Notes: a model not told the origin generated them from the letters alone. DNA of 64,000 nt from Calditrichota bacterium (GCA_013152715.1 JAADFU010000075.1:1804-65803), one strand, 5' to 3'; shown: positions 28,417 through 37,158, counted from the first letter of the stretch. Numbers and translations are program-made.

Positions 28417-28578
28417 ACATCCCCCTAAATCCCCCTTCAAAGGGGGACTTCCTTGGATCTTCGCTTCAAAGTGGGACTTTCTTGAATCACCCCTTCAATT
28501 GGGAACTTCCTTTAATCTCCCCTTCAGAGGGGAACTTCTTTGACTCCCCCCTTTGAAGGGGGGAACAAGGGGGGATGT
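28417..28578. repeat. array of five tandem ~29-nt G/C hairpin units bracketed by an inverted repeat, in the mlaE-mlaF spacer
   Basis: CCCCC-ttcaaa-GGGGG (28431-28446); degenerate tcgc-ttcaaa-gtgg (28461-28474); CCC-ttcaatt-GGG (28491-28503); TCCCC-ttcaga-GGGGA (28518-28533); CCCCCC-tttgaa-GGGGGG (28546-28563, loop inverted). A conserved ACTTyCTT spacer follows units 1-4. The outer inverted repeat is ACATCCCCC (28417-28425) / GGGGGATGT (28570-28578). Confidence 0.85.
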
Positions 28579-28691
28579 TCAAATCAAAATCGAATTAGAA
28601 ACTAAAAATATCCAGAAAAGATTCGCTTCCCTTTAATCTAAAATAATTTCGTGCAAAAAAATCGTTACAGAAATATGATAATTTTTAAAAA

Positions 28692-29516
28692 CTACAACGT
28701 TGAATAAAAAATCATCGTCATTACCAGATCAGCGACAATAATGAGAAAAATCGACGTCACTACCGACGCTGTTGTAGATTTTCCCACGCCTTCGGCGCCG
28801 CCTTTGACGATGAAACCCTGATAGGCGCCAACTTGTGAGATAATGGTCGCGAAAAAGAAAGTCTTCACCAGTCCGGTGAGCAAATCTTTCATTACTAACG
28901 CATCCGCTGTCTGGTTGAAATAACGGATGAAAGAAATGTGCAAATTTACAATCGCCAGAAAAAAACCGCCGAGAATGCCCAGCACATCTGCCATCAGCGA
29001 CAAACAGGGCAGCACAATCAACAGCGCTAAAAATCTGGGAACCACTAAAAACCAGACCGGATTAAAGCCCATGGTGCGCAGCGCGTCGATTTCTTCGTTG
29101 ACTTTCATGGTGCCGATTTCCGCGGCGATAGCTGAGCCGCTCCGCCCGGCGACAATGATTGCCGTCAGCAAAGGTCCCAGTTCCCGGGTCATGGAAACGC
29201 CCACTAAATCCGCTGTATAAATGGACGCGCCAAATCGTTCCAATTGATACGCCGCCTGCATCGCCATAATCAAGCCTACGAAAAAGCAAATTGTCGCCAC
29301 GATGGGAATGGAATTGTAGCCGATGTAAATCATCTGCTGCACGGTGCTCTGCCAGCGGATGCCGCCTTTGCCGCGAAAAGGAGCCACAAATATCCAACGC
29401 AGGGCATCTCTGGTCAGTTTAACCATGCGCCCCACGTGGGCCATGTACATCAAAGATTGCCGTCCGATTGAGCCAAATGTTTGCGTAACAAAATGTTTCG
29501 TTTCTCTGTCTGACAT
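28692..29516 (-). CDS. mlaE: ABC transporter permease, MlaE-like
   Basis: A 274-aa polytopic membrane protein of typical MlaE size and hydrophobicity pattern (...IVATICFFVGLIMAMQAAYQLERFGASIYTADLVGVSMTRELGPLLTAIIVAGRSGSAIAAEIGTMKVNEEIDALRTMG...). In an operon with mlaF and mlaD. Confidence 0.88.
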   Translation of the reverse strand: MSDRETKHFVTQTFGSIGRQSLMYMAHVGRMVKLTRDALRWIFVAPFRGKGGIRWQSTVQQMIYIGYNSIPIVATICFFVGLIMAMQAAYQLERFGASIYTADLVGVSMTRELGPLLTAIIVAGRSGSAIAAEIGTMKVNEEIDALRTMGFNPVWFLVVPRFLALLIVLPCLSLMADVLGILGGFFLAIVNLHISFIRYFNQTADALVMKDLLTGLVKTFFFATIISQVGAYQGFIVKGGAEGVGKSTTASVVTSIFLIIVADLVMTMIFYSTL

Positions 29517-29858
29517 TTACTCCTCACTGACGGCTGTCATCGCCTGGCTTTCATCTTCGCAAATATCAAAAACTTTGTCCAGACGGCTGAGTTCAAAAAC
29601 GTCCCGAATTGCCGGTTTCAAATTAAAAAGTTTGAGTTTCCCGTGTCGTTTGTTCATGAGTTGCAGCGCTTCCACCAGCGTCGCGACGCCGGAACTGTCC
29701 ATGTAGGAAACGCCGTCCAGATCGACAAGAAGATTTTCAATTTTCTTTTTCATCAAAGCTAATATTTTCTTGCGCACCTGAGGAGAAGAATAAAGATCAA
29801 CATCTCCCGCGATTTTCAAAATTGCCACATTCTTCTTTTCAAAAACTTCCAGTTCCAC
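29517..29858 (-). CDS. STAS-domain protein (anti-sigma-factor-antagonist type; candidate MlaB equivalent)
   Basis: A 113-aa protein with the SpoIIAA/RsbV-like layout VAILKIAGDVDLYSSPQVRKKI...LLVDLDGVSYMDSSGVATLVEAL, including the phosphorylatable DSSG serine context. Its TAA stop directly abuts the mlaE ATG. Confidence 0.85.
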   Translation of the reverse strand: MELEVFEKKNVAILKIAGDVDLYSSPQVRKKILALMKKKIENLLVDLDGVSYMDSSGVATLVEALQLMNKRHGKLKLFNLKPAIRDVFELSRLDKVFDICEDESQAMTAVSEE

Positions 29859-29870
29859 AAACTTCCCCTT

Positions 29871-30308
29871 CTATTTCTCTTCAATATATTTGACTAATTT
29901 CACCTGATTTCCCTGTTCGAACTGATTGTCATATTCCACTTCATCCATCACCGCATTGATGAAATGGACGCCCAGTCCTCCTGGTCTGATTTCATCCAAT
30001 TTTCTCGGTTTGATTTTTTTAATATCAATTTTCTTGCCAAAATCGCGCAATCGGATTTCGATCTTCCCCTGGCAAATCAAAATCGTCGCCCGAATCGGCT
30101 CATCACTGGGACCGCCGTAAGTGTGTTTGATGATATTGCTGCACGCCTCGTCCACCGCCAAAATCACGTTGTGCAAATCATCCAGACAAATGCCGCTAAT
30201 TTCACAGATGCTCCCCACTGCCGCGCGAATTATTTTCAGAAACTGCGGCTTGGCAGGAATCCGGATTTCAATCGTTTCCACTTTTTCACTCGTCTGCTGT
30301 TGGGTCAT
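29871..30308 (-). CDS. RsbW/SpoIIAB-like serine kinase (HATPase_c anti-sigma regulatory factor type)
   Basis: A 145-aa protein with N-box DEACSNIIKHTYGG and G-box RPGGLGVHFINAVMDEVEY. Its start overlaps the stop of the upstream phosphatase by 4 nt (ATGA). Confidence 0.8.
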   Translation of the reverse strand: MTQQQTSEKVETIEIRIPAKPQFLKIIRAAVGSICEISGICLDDLHNVILAVDEACSNIIKHTYGGPSDEPIRATILICQGKIEIRLRDFGKKIDIKKIKPRKLDEIRPGGLGVHFINAVMDEVEYDNQFEQGNQVKLVKYIEEK

Positions 30309-31585
30309 TGCAACCTCAAAGCTAACAGTGTAATATCATCGTGCTGATTGACTTTCCCCTGAAATTTCTTGATATCGTCGATAATCCGTTCGATAAAATC
30401 TTGCGGACTCGGAATCGGAGCGCGAATCCCGTCGATAAGTTTGTCCAGCGTGTACATTTTATTCATGGCATCGTGGGCTTCAATGACGCCGTCGGTGTAG
30501 AGCAAAATTGTGTCTCCCGGCCGCAAGTTCACTACTTCATTATCGTAATTTGCGTTCGCCAGAATTCCCAGTGGGATGCCGGAATCATTCTCAATGCGTT
30601 CTATTCGCTTTTCTTTTTCCCGCCACCACAGCGGAGGCAAGTGGCCCGCATTAGAGATGGTCAGTTTTCCGGCTCTCGCGTCCAATACCATGGAAACGAG
30701 CGAAACAAACATGCCCCGTTGGCTTCTCTTCAACAACGCTTTGTTCAAAAATTCCATCATATTTGCCGGCGATTCTGCGAGATGACAGTAATAACGAAAA
30801 TCGCTGATCAACCGCGCCATGAATAACGCCGCCGGAATCCCTTTCCCGGAAACATCGCCGATCACAATCGCCAGCTTGTCTTCGTCCAAAAGCACAAAAT
30901 CGAACAAATCGCCGCCCACAGCAGTCGCCGGAATATTTTTACCATAAATTAAAAATCGTTCCTGATCGCCCTTCGGGAACGACTGCGGCATAAAACTTTG
31001 CTGAATGCGGTGAGCGGACTCCAATTGCTGTCGCAAACGCTGCTGTTCCAGCACGTAATGGTGCATGCGCGCGTTTTCGATCGCCAGCGCCACCTGACGA
31101 CAAAAAGTCTCAAAAATTTCCAGATTTTCTTTGGTGAACGGATGCGCATCGAGACGATTGATCACTTCTGCCACGCCGATCACTTTGTTTTTCACTTTCA
31201 GCGGCGCCGCCAGAATCGACCGCGTCTCAAAACCAGTATTTTGATCAATCTCCGAAAAAAAACGGCTATCGCTGGAAACGTCGGGAACGATGATCGACTC
31301 GCCTGTTTGGGCGACCCAGCCGGCAATGCCCTGCCCTATTTTCAATTGAATTTTATTTTTTACTTTATCCTGAACCTTGCCCAGAGCAATTTGACATTCC
31401 AACAAACCAGTGTCTTCGTTGAGCAACATGATCGAGCTTGCCTCAGCGTGCATCACCTCTTGCGCTTTTTCCATGACCAGCGCCATGAGCTCATCCAGGT
31501 CAAGTGTGGATGTGATAATTGAAGTGACGTCGATTAAACTGGTGAGGTCTTTTATTTTTTGCCGAAGCTGTCCAAGTTCGTTCAT
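30305..31585 (-). CDS. GAF-domain PP2C (SpoIIE/RsbU-type) serine phosphatase
   Basis: N-terminal GAF domain (DLDELMALVMEKAQEVMHAEASSIMLLNEDTGLLECQIALG...GIAGWVAQTGESIIVPDV). C-terminal SpoIIE/PP2C motifs (GGDLFDFVLL, VIGDVSGKGIPAALFMARL, LLYTDGVIEA, DDITLLALR). Confidence 0.88.
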   Translation of the reverse strand: MNELGQLRQKIKDLTSLIDVTSIITSTLDLDELMALVMEKAQEVMHAEASSIMLLNEDTGLLECQIALGKVQDKVKNKIQLKIGQGIAGWVAQTGESIIVPDVSSDSRFFSEIDQNTGFETRSILAAPLKVKNKVIGVAEVINRLDAHPFTKENLEIFETFCRQVALAIENARMHHYVLEQQRLRQQLESAHRIQQSFMPQSFPKGDQERFLIYGKNIPATAVGGDLFDFVLLDEDKLAIVIGDVSGKGIPAALFMARLISDFRYYCHLAESPANMMEFLNKALLKRSQRGMFVSLVSMVLDARAGKLTISNAGHLPPLWWREKEKRIERIENDSGIPLGILANANYDNEVVNLRPGDTILLYTDGVIEAHDAMNKMYTLDKLIDGIRAPIPSPQDFIERIIDDIKKFQGKVNQHDDITLLALRLQ

Positions 31586-31752
31586 TTTTGTTACCTTGCA
31601 AGTTGAAATTCAAGTAAGAACAAAGAAGCAAATCATATAAAGATATAATAAAAGGATAATAAAAGCAAGCATAAAATTAAAGTAACTTTTTTTTAACAAT
31701 TGGCGATTTTTGTCCAAAGCCGGATTTTTTCAATGATAGCCCAAATAGGCAG

Positions 31753-31890
31753 GTTGTTACTTCAATGCAATGGGACGGTAAAAACGAAGCAGGGGATCAA
31801 ATGAGCAGCGGAATTTACTTTTTTAAAATCGCGGCACGCAGCAAACATGTTCGCTTTGAAAAAATCATCAAGGAAATTTTGATGAAATAA
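31753..31890 (+). pseudogene. relic of a T9SS C-terminal sorting domain (last ~45 codons of a deleted cargo gene)
   Basis: My translation is VVTSMQWDGKNEAGDQMSSGIYFFKIAARSKHVRFEKIIKEILMK*. This matches the terminal strands of the sorting domains of the intact cargos in this window (compare EWDGTDQFGRKVVSGVYFYQLKINNFQEVKRMILTK at 57196). The open frame begins only at 31681, there is no signal peptide or body, and the divergent phosphatase gene starts at 31585. Confidence 0.6.
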
Positions 31891-31932
31891 TTTTTCGGGG
31901 GAGGTTGGTGCCTTCGTGGTGAAATTTTATCT

Positions 31933-31970
31933 CAAAAAAAAAACCGCAATCGAAATGCTTCGACAACGGT
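31933..31970 (-). terminator. intrinsic terminator downstream of rplS
   Basis: The minus strand reads AACCG-ttg-TCGAA-gcat-TTCGA-ttg-CGGTT (a bipartite stem) followed by a run of about 10 T. It begins 34 nt after the rplS stop. Confidence 0.6.
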
Positions 31971-32003
31971 TCTATTTTGATAAAATTTTTACGGGAAAAC
32001 GAA

Positions 32004-32345
32004 CTAACGCTTTTCCTCAATCCGCGCTGCTTTTCCGCGCAAACCGCGGAGGTAGTACAATTTCGCGCGTCTCACTTTACCGGAACGTAATTTTTCAATT
32101 TTTGCAATTCGCGGCGAATGCAGCGGAAAAATTCTTTCCACGCCAACCCCCTGAGAGATTTTGCGTACAGTAAAAGTTGCGTCAATATCTTTGCCTTTCC
32201 GCTTGATTACCACACCCTCAAAAACCTGAATACGTTCTTTGTCGCCTTCAACCACTTTGGCGTGTACCGCCACCGTGTCTCCGGGGCCAAAATCCGGAAC
32301 GTCGGTCCGAAGCTGGTCGGCGACCGCCATTTTCACCTTGTCCAT
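32004..32345 (-). CDS. rplS: 50S ribosomal protein L19
   Basis: Typical L19 sequence ([33 protein letters not shown]...[28 protein letters not shown]) in the conserved position after trmD. Confidence 0.95.
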   Translation of the reverse strand: MDKVKMAVADQLRTDVPDFGPGDTVAVHAKVVEGDKERIQVFEGVVIKRKGKDIDATFTVRKISQGVGVERIFPLHSPRIAKIEKLRSGKVRRAKLYYLRGLRGKAARIEEKR

Positions 32346-32364
32346 CTATCTTGCCTCCTCAAAA

Positions 32365-33087
32365 TTACTTTTCGTCATTCACATCTGTAAATTCTTGATC
32401 GTTTTTCGAATCCAACAAATCCCGCCGATGCTGCAGTGTTCTTTCCCACGATTTTTGTTCCTGCCATTTTTTAATTTCGGCGTGATGACCTGACCGTAAA
32501 ACTTCCGGCACCTTCATTCCCCGGTACACCTCAGGCCTGGTGTAATAGGGACAATCGAGCCGATTTTTAAAAAAAGAATCTGTCGTCGCGGAATTTATGT
32601 CGCTGATAACCCCCGGAATGAGCCGCACTACTGAATCAACGACCACCAGCGCCGGCAACTCACCTCCGCTGAGCACGTAATCGCCGACGGAAATTTCATC
32701 CATCTGCCAATATTCGCGGACCCGCTCGTCCACTCCTTTGTAATGTCCACAAAGAAAAATCAAATGCTCTTTGAGCGATAGTTCCACTGCTTTTTTTTGA
32801 TTGTATTTTTTCCCCTGTGGAGTGAGAAAAATAAGATTCGGTTTTTCAATTTCAAAATCGCGTAAGACAGCTTCGATACAATTGAAAATCGGCTCCGGTT
32901 TCAACACCATTCCCGGCGCGCCGCCGTAGGGATAGTCATCTACTTTATGATGCTTATTCTCGCTGTAATCACGCAAATTGTGTACAAAAATTTCAACGAG
33001 CCCTTTTTCCTGCGCCCGTTTGATAATGCTCTCGCTCAACGGGCTGCGAATCAGATCAGGGAAAGCTGTAATAATATGAATTTTCAT
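32365..33087 (-). CDS. trmD: tRNA (guanine37-N1)-methyltransferase
   Basis: MKIHIITAFPDLI...DDYPYGGAPGMVLKPEPI...SVGDYVLSGGELPALVVVDSVVRLIPGV. In the conserved rimM-trmD-rplS order. Confidence 0.95.
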   Translation of the reverse strand: MKIHIITAFPDLIRSPLSESIIKRAQEKGLVEIFVHNLRDYSENKHHKVDDYPYGGAPGMVLKPEPIFNCIEAVLRDFEIEKPNLIFLTPQGKKYNQKKAVELSLKEHLIFLCGHYKGVDERVREYWQMDEISVGDYVLSGGELPALVVVDSVVRLIPGVISDINSATTDSFFKNRLDCPYYTRPEVYRGMKVPEVLRSGHHAEIKKWQEQKSWERTLQHRRDLLDSKNDQEFTDVNDEK

Positions 33088-33093
33088 TAACTT

Positions 33094-33612
33094 TTACGAC
33101 AACAAACCTTCCATCGGTTCAATGTAAACAACTTCATTTTCCAGATCAACGCGCTTGACCACAGACTTGATCACCGGGATCAAAATTTCTCGGGAATTCT
33201 TCCGCACAACGTAAACATCATTCGCCGGAAGAACGAGCACATCCGCGATGATTCCGAGATCAACTCCGTCAATCGTTTTGACGGTCAAACCGATGAGATC
33301 AAAAATAAAATATTCGTCTTGAGCCAGATTTTCATCATCACTCAGCCGCCGCTGCAAATAGCGATGGCAAATTTCTTCTGCGGCATTTCGATCGTTAATG
33401 CCACGAATTTTGACGATGAAGCTGCCTTTTCTGGCGCGCACTCGCTCGATGACGATTCTTTCTCTTGAATCCTGATCATCGGAAAGGAAAAACTCCATCG
33501 GACGCATAAACTGTTCCGGATCATCAGTAATGGGAAAAACAGCTACTTCTCCTTTGATGCCATGCGCCCTGCTAACGTACCCGATGGAAACAAATTCCGG
33601 ACGAGGTTTCAT
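33094..33612 (-). CDS. rimM: 16S rRNA processing protein RimM
   Basis: VSIGYVSRAHGIKGEVAVFPITDDPEQF... followed by a PRC-barrel-like C-terminus. Conserved synteny. Confidence 0.9.
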   Translation of the reverse strand: MKPRPEFVSIGYVSRAHGIKGEVAVFPITDDPEQFMRPMEFFLSDDQDSRERIVIERVRARKGSFIVKIRGINDRNAAEEICHRYLQRRLSDDENLAQDEYFIFDLIGLTVKTIDGVDLGIIADVLVLPANDVYVVRKNSREILIPVIKSVVKRVDLENEVVYIEPMEGLLS

Positions 33613-33670
33613 AATTACCCGAATTTTTGCCGAGGTCGTTCATTCGTTTTTGCCAAAAATTGCTCGATGG

Positions 33671-33970
33671 TTATTCCAGAATTTCCAGAACAGCGCGTTT
33701 CCCTCTTTTTGCTGATGCAGCCGCCAGTAAAATGCGGATCGATTTGGCTGTCTGACCGCGTTTGCCGATCACTTTTCCTAAATCTCCGTATCCCACCCGC
33801 AGTTCATACACAATCGTGCGCTCACCATCGATCTCTGTGACGCTAACCTCTTCGGGCTTGTCGACCAGATGTTTGGCGATGGTTTCAATGAACCTTTTCA
33901 TGTCTCCAACCTGCGCATTCTCAGATTGTTGTTCTTTAGGCTCCATCGTCTCATTGGATTCCGCGAACAT
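33671..33970 (-). CDS. KH-domain RNA-binding protein (YlqC/KhpA-like)
   Basis: Core [55 protein letters not shown], with the GxxG KH motif. Strong GAGGAGG upstream of ATG 33970. In the usual slot between rpsP and rimM. Confidence 0.85.
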   Translation of the reverse strand: MFAESNETMEPKEQQSENAQVGDMKRFIETIAKHLVDKPEEVSVTEIDGERTIVYELRVGYGDLGKVIGKRGQTAKSIRILLAAASAKRGKRAVLEILE

Positions 33971-34111
33971 AATATCCCCTCCTCAATTAGCTCGTAATAG
34001 TAGAGATCGGATTATTTGATTTATCTTTCTGCGAACTCGTTCAAAGAACAACCGAATCTATATTTGATCAAAATTTATCCAAAAGAGAAGCGCACGTTTT
34101 TATAGACTACT

Positions 34112-34828
34112 TTATTCCGAAGCTGATTCTTGTTTTTTCTCTTCGCTATCAGCAGTTTCTTCGGCAGCCGGCTCCGCTGCTTCAGCGGCTGGTTCTTCTG
34201 CCGCCTCCTCAACAGGTGCAGTTTCCGCCGCAGCTTCAACCTCAGCTACCTCTATCGTCGGCTCGGTTTCTGCTGCTTCTGCCGCCTGTTCAATTTCAGC
34301 AGTTTCAGTTGTCGGTTCAGTTTCTTCAGCTTCCGCCGCCTGTTCGGTTTCAACAACTTCAGTTGCTGGCTCAATTTCTTCAGCTTCTGCCGCTTGTTCA
34401 GTTTCTCCAGCTTCTGCCGCTACCGCTTCCTCTTCTTCAGCGGCTTTCGCTTCTTCTTTGTCTCTTTTCTTTTGCGCCTCAATCGCTTCCAGACGTTTTT
34501 GTCGTTCTAATTGTAAAACTTCCCACTTTTTCACTTCTTCTTCAATTTTCTTCTCATCTGCACCCTGTTTCATCAAAGACCATTTCATCCAGATGCCGTG
34601 TTCGCTCAGCAAATTTTTCACCGTATCCGTGGGGATGGCGCCATTTTTCAGCCAATAAAAAACCTTTTCCTCATCAATCAGCACTTCAGCCGGATTGGTC
34701 AAAGGATTGTAATGACCGATCTTTTCAATGTATTTTCCGTCGCGTTTAGCACGCGAATCGATAGCGACGATTCTATAAAAAGGCTGTTTCTTTTTTCCTC
34801 GTCGTGTCAATCGTAATTTTACTGCCAA
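34112..34828 (-). CDS. rpsP: 30S ribosomal protein S16 with ~150-aa charged, repeat-containing C-terminal extension
   Basis: S16 core [43 protein letters not shown] place the start at TTG 34828, 8 nt after GAGGAGG. This gives the canonical (M)AVKLRL N-terminus and removes the overlap with ffh that the track's 34870 start implies. Confidence 0.9.
   Translation of the reverse strand: MAVKLRLTRRGKKKQPFYRIVAIDSRAKRDGKYIEKIGHYNPLTNPAEVLIDEEKVFYWLKNGAIPTDTVKNLLSEHGIWMKWSLMKQGADEKKIEEEVKKWEVLQLERQKRLEAIEAQKKRDKEEAKAAEEEEAVAAEAGETEQAAEAEEIEPATEVVETEQAAEAEETEPTTETAEIEQAAEAAETEPTIEVAEVEAAAETAPVEEAAEEPAAEAAEPAAEETADSEEKKQESASE
34232..34420 (-). repeat. in-frame 54-nt (18-aa) tandem repeats inside the S16 tail
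   Basis: Three to four units of [18 protein letters not shown] / [18 protein letters not shown] / [18 protein letters not shown]. At the DNA level the unit starts recur at 34286, 34340 and 34394. Confidence 0.7.
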
Positions 34829-34859
34829 TTCTTTTACCTCCTCACGTTCAAATTTTTCA

Positions 34860-36176
34860 CTAAAAACCAATCGGCAAACCCTTGAAGCCGATCTTGTTAA
34901 TATTTTTCATCATTTTTTGCATCATTTTAAATTGCTTCAGCAATTGATTCACATCCTGAATACTGGTACCGCTGCCCCTGAAAATTCTTTTTCGCCGGCT
35001 GCCGTCGATGATGTGCGGTCGCTGTCTTTCGTCCGGAGTCATGGAATTGATGATCGCCTCAATTTTCACCAAAGCGCGGTCATCGACATCGAGGCCTTTC
35101 ATCATTTTTCCCTGCGCCCCGGGCAACATGCCGATCAACTGACTCAGCGGGCCCATCTTTTTTATCTGCTGCAATTGATCGTAAAAATCCTGCAACGTAA
35201 ATTGCTGCCGGCGAAGTTTTTTCTCTAATTTCGCCGCCTGCTCTCGGTCAACTGCATCCTGGGCTTTTTCCACCAGAGTAACGACATCGCCCATGCCCAA
35301 AATCCGCGACGCCATCCGTTCCGGATGAAACGTCTCCAACGCAGCAAATTTCTCGCCCGTGGAAATAAGTTTAATGGGCTTATTCGTCACCATGCGCATG
35401 GAAAGAGCAGCGCCGCCACGAGCATCGCCGTCCATTTTCGTCAACACAATCCCGTCGAAATCGAGCCAATTTTGAAATTCCTTGGCGGTATTCACCGCAT
35501 CCTGGCCCGTCATGCCGTCGGCGACGAACAGAATCTCTGTCGGATTCGTTTTTTTCTTTATCTCCAACAGTTCGTTCATCATAGCGTCGTCGATGTGCAG
35601 CCGCCCGGCAGTGTCAAAAATTGCCACGTCGTGGCTGTGTTTGCGGCAAAAGTCCACCGCGGACAAACAAATTTCCACGGCTGATTTTTTGCTGTCAGAG
35701 ATAACCGGCGCTTCGATCTTTTCGCCGACAATCTCCAACTGGCGCACCGCCGCCGGCCGATAAATATCAGCGGCGACCAAAACCGGCTTGCGACCTTTTT
35801 TTCTCAAAAATAAACCCAACTTTCCGGCGAGCGTGGTTTTTCCTGATCCCTGCAAACCGGAAAGCATGATGATCGACGGAATCTGTCCGGAAATTTTCAA
35901 AGGAACGTCAGATTTCCCCATCAAGTTTACCAACTCGTCGTGAATAATTTTCACGATTTGCTGCCCCGGGGTAATGCTTTTCAGCACCTTCTGGCCTAAC
36001 GCTCGCTCTTGCACCGCGGCGATAAATGTCTTGGCAACTTTGTAATTGACATCCGCTTCGAGCAAAACGCGACGCACTTCTTTGAGGGCATCACTGACGT
36101 TCTTTTCGGACAATTTACCATGACCGCGAAGTTTCTTGAATACGCTTTCTAATTTTTCCGTCAAATCCTGAAACAT
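34860..36176 (-). CDS. ffh: signal recognition particle protein Ffh
   Basis: N and G domains with [20 protein letters not shown] and [10 protein letters not shown]. Methionine-rich M domain (MMKGL..., MMQKMMKNI). Confidence 0.97.
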   Translation of the reverse strand: MFQDLTEKLESVFKKLRGHGKLSEKNVSDALKEVRRVLLEADVNYKVAKTFIAAVQERALGQKVLKSITPGQQIVKIIHDELVNLMGKSDVPLKISGQIPSIIMLSGLQGSGKTTLAGKLGLFLRKKGRKPVLVAADIYRPAAVRQLEIVGEKIEAPVISDSKKSAVEICLSAVDFCRKHSHDVAIFDTAGRLHIDDAMMNELLEIKKKTNPTEILFVADGMTGQDAVNTAKEFQNWLDFDGIVLTKMDGDARGGAALSMRMVTNKPIKLISTGEKFAALETFHPERMASRILGMGDVVTLVEKAQDAVDREQAAKLEKKLRRQQFTLQDFYDQLQQIKKMGPLSQLIGMLPGAQGKMMKGLDVDDRALVKIEAIINSMTPDERQRPHIIDGSRRKRIFRGSGTSIQDVNQLLKQFKMMQKMMKNINKIGFKGLPIGF

Positions 36177-36396
36177 AACTTCAACTCAACCTGCTCGATT
36201 AAATTTGCTCCGCAGCCTTATCTTTCAAATTAACAGACAACTAGGCAAATAAGCTTAATTCGTCGATAGCTTTTAAATATAATAAAAAATATTAAGATAT
36301 GCAAGTAAATTTTGCGCACAGGACATTCCACTGCATTTCCCGGCACCGAATCAAAAAAAATTTTCGGCCGTTAGAATATTTTTACGCTTTTTATCA

Positions 36397-37158
36397 TCAA
36401 AGGATTTTCAATTGCCGGAGCGCGTTTTTCGCGGCAATTTGCTCCGCTTTCTTTTTGCTATTCCCCTTTCCTGATCCCAGATCCCTGTTTTTGATCAGTA
36501 CGTCTATGGTAAAAATCTTCTTGTGATCAGGCCCTTCCTCTTTTTTCACCACGTAATGAGGCACTCCCATGCCGCGACTTTGCGCATATTCCAACAGCAT
36601 ACTTTTGAAATTTTTGTACTGCTCCTTTGAGAGAATATCATCGATTTGGCTCAAAAGTTTGTCGCTGATGAACTCCACCGCGGTTTTTAAGCCGCCATCG
36701 AGATAAATCGCCCCGGTAATCGCTTCGAAAGTGTCCGCCAAAATAGAAGGTCTGTTCCTTCCGCCGGCTTTTTCTTCAGCGTCGTTAAGCAAGACGACAT
36801 CGCCCAAGCCGATCTGTCGGGCAACATTTGCCAATATTTTTCGGCTTACTACAAGAGATTTTATCGCCGTCAGCTCGCCCTCACCTTTTTCAGGAAATCG
36901 TCGGTACAAATGCTCCACGACGACCATTCCCAACACCGCGTCCCCCAACAGTTCGAGCCGCTCATTGGATTGCAGCCGAGGCTCATTCGTGACCGCCAAA
37001 AAAGAACGATGTTTCAGCGCCTGAAAAATCAGTTGTTTGTTCGAAAAATGGTAATTTAGTTTTAGTTCAATTCTTTCAATATCTCTTTTCGTCAACGATC
37101 TCGCTTGAGAATGAGGATGAAAGAGTTTGGCGACGAAAGTATTCAGTTTGTTCAACAT
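36397..37158 (-). CDS. rnc: ribonuclease III
   Basis: RNase III signature NERLELLGDAVLG plus a C-terminal dsRBD (KSMLLEYAQSRGMGVPHYVV...GSGKGNSKKKAEQIAAKNAL). Confidence 0.95.
   Translation of the reverse strand: MLNKLNTFVAKLFHPHSQARSLTKRDIERIELKLNYHFSNKQLIFQALKHRSFLAVTNEPRLQSNERLELLGDAVLGMVVVEHLYRRFPEKGEGELTAIKSLVVSRKILANVARQIGLGDVVLLNDAEEKAGGRNRPSILADTFEAITGAIYLDGGLKTAVEFISDKLLSQIDDILSKEQYKNFKSMLLEYAQSRGMGVPHYVVKKEEGPDHKKIFTIDVLIKNRDLGSGKGNSKKKAEQIAAKNALRQLKIL

Noticed and set aside
28417-28578. Could the tandem repeat array be a CRISPR array?
   Set aside because: The period is only ~29 nt with no unique spacers between units. The units are themselves degenerate hairpins, one of them inverted. 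No cas genes or leader are present in the window.
34130-34749. Plus-strand ORFs (126 aa, 177 aa) rich in F/L/S/C/Q repeats
   Set aside because: They are antisense reading artefacts of the acidic tandem repeats in the rpsP tail.
36230-36290. Possible sigma70-like promoter for ffh (minus strand TTGCAT-17-TATATT)
   Set aside because: The match is plausible, but it lies in a very AT-rich stretch where such hexamers arise by chance, and there is no supporting operator or transcript-end evidence. Not reported as a feature.
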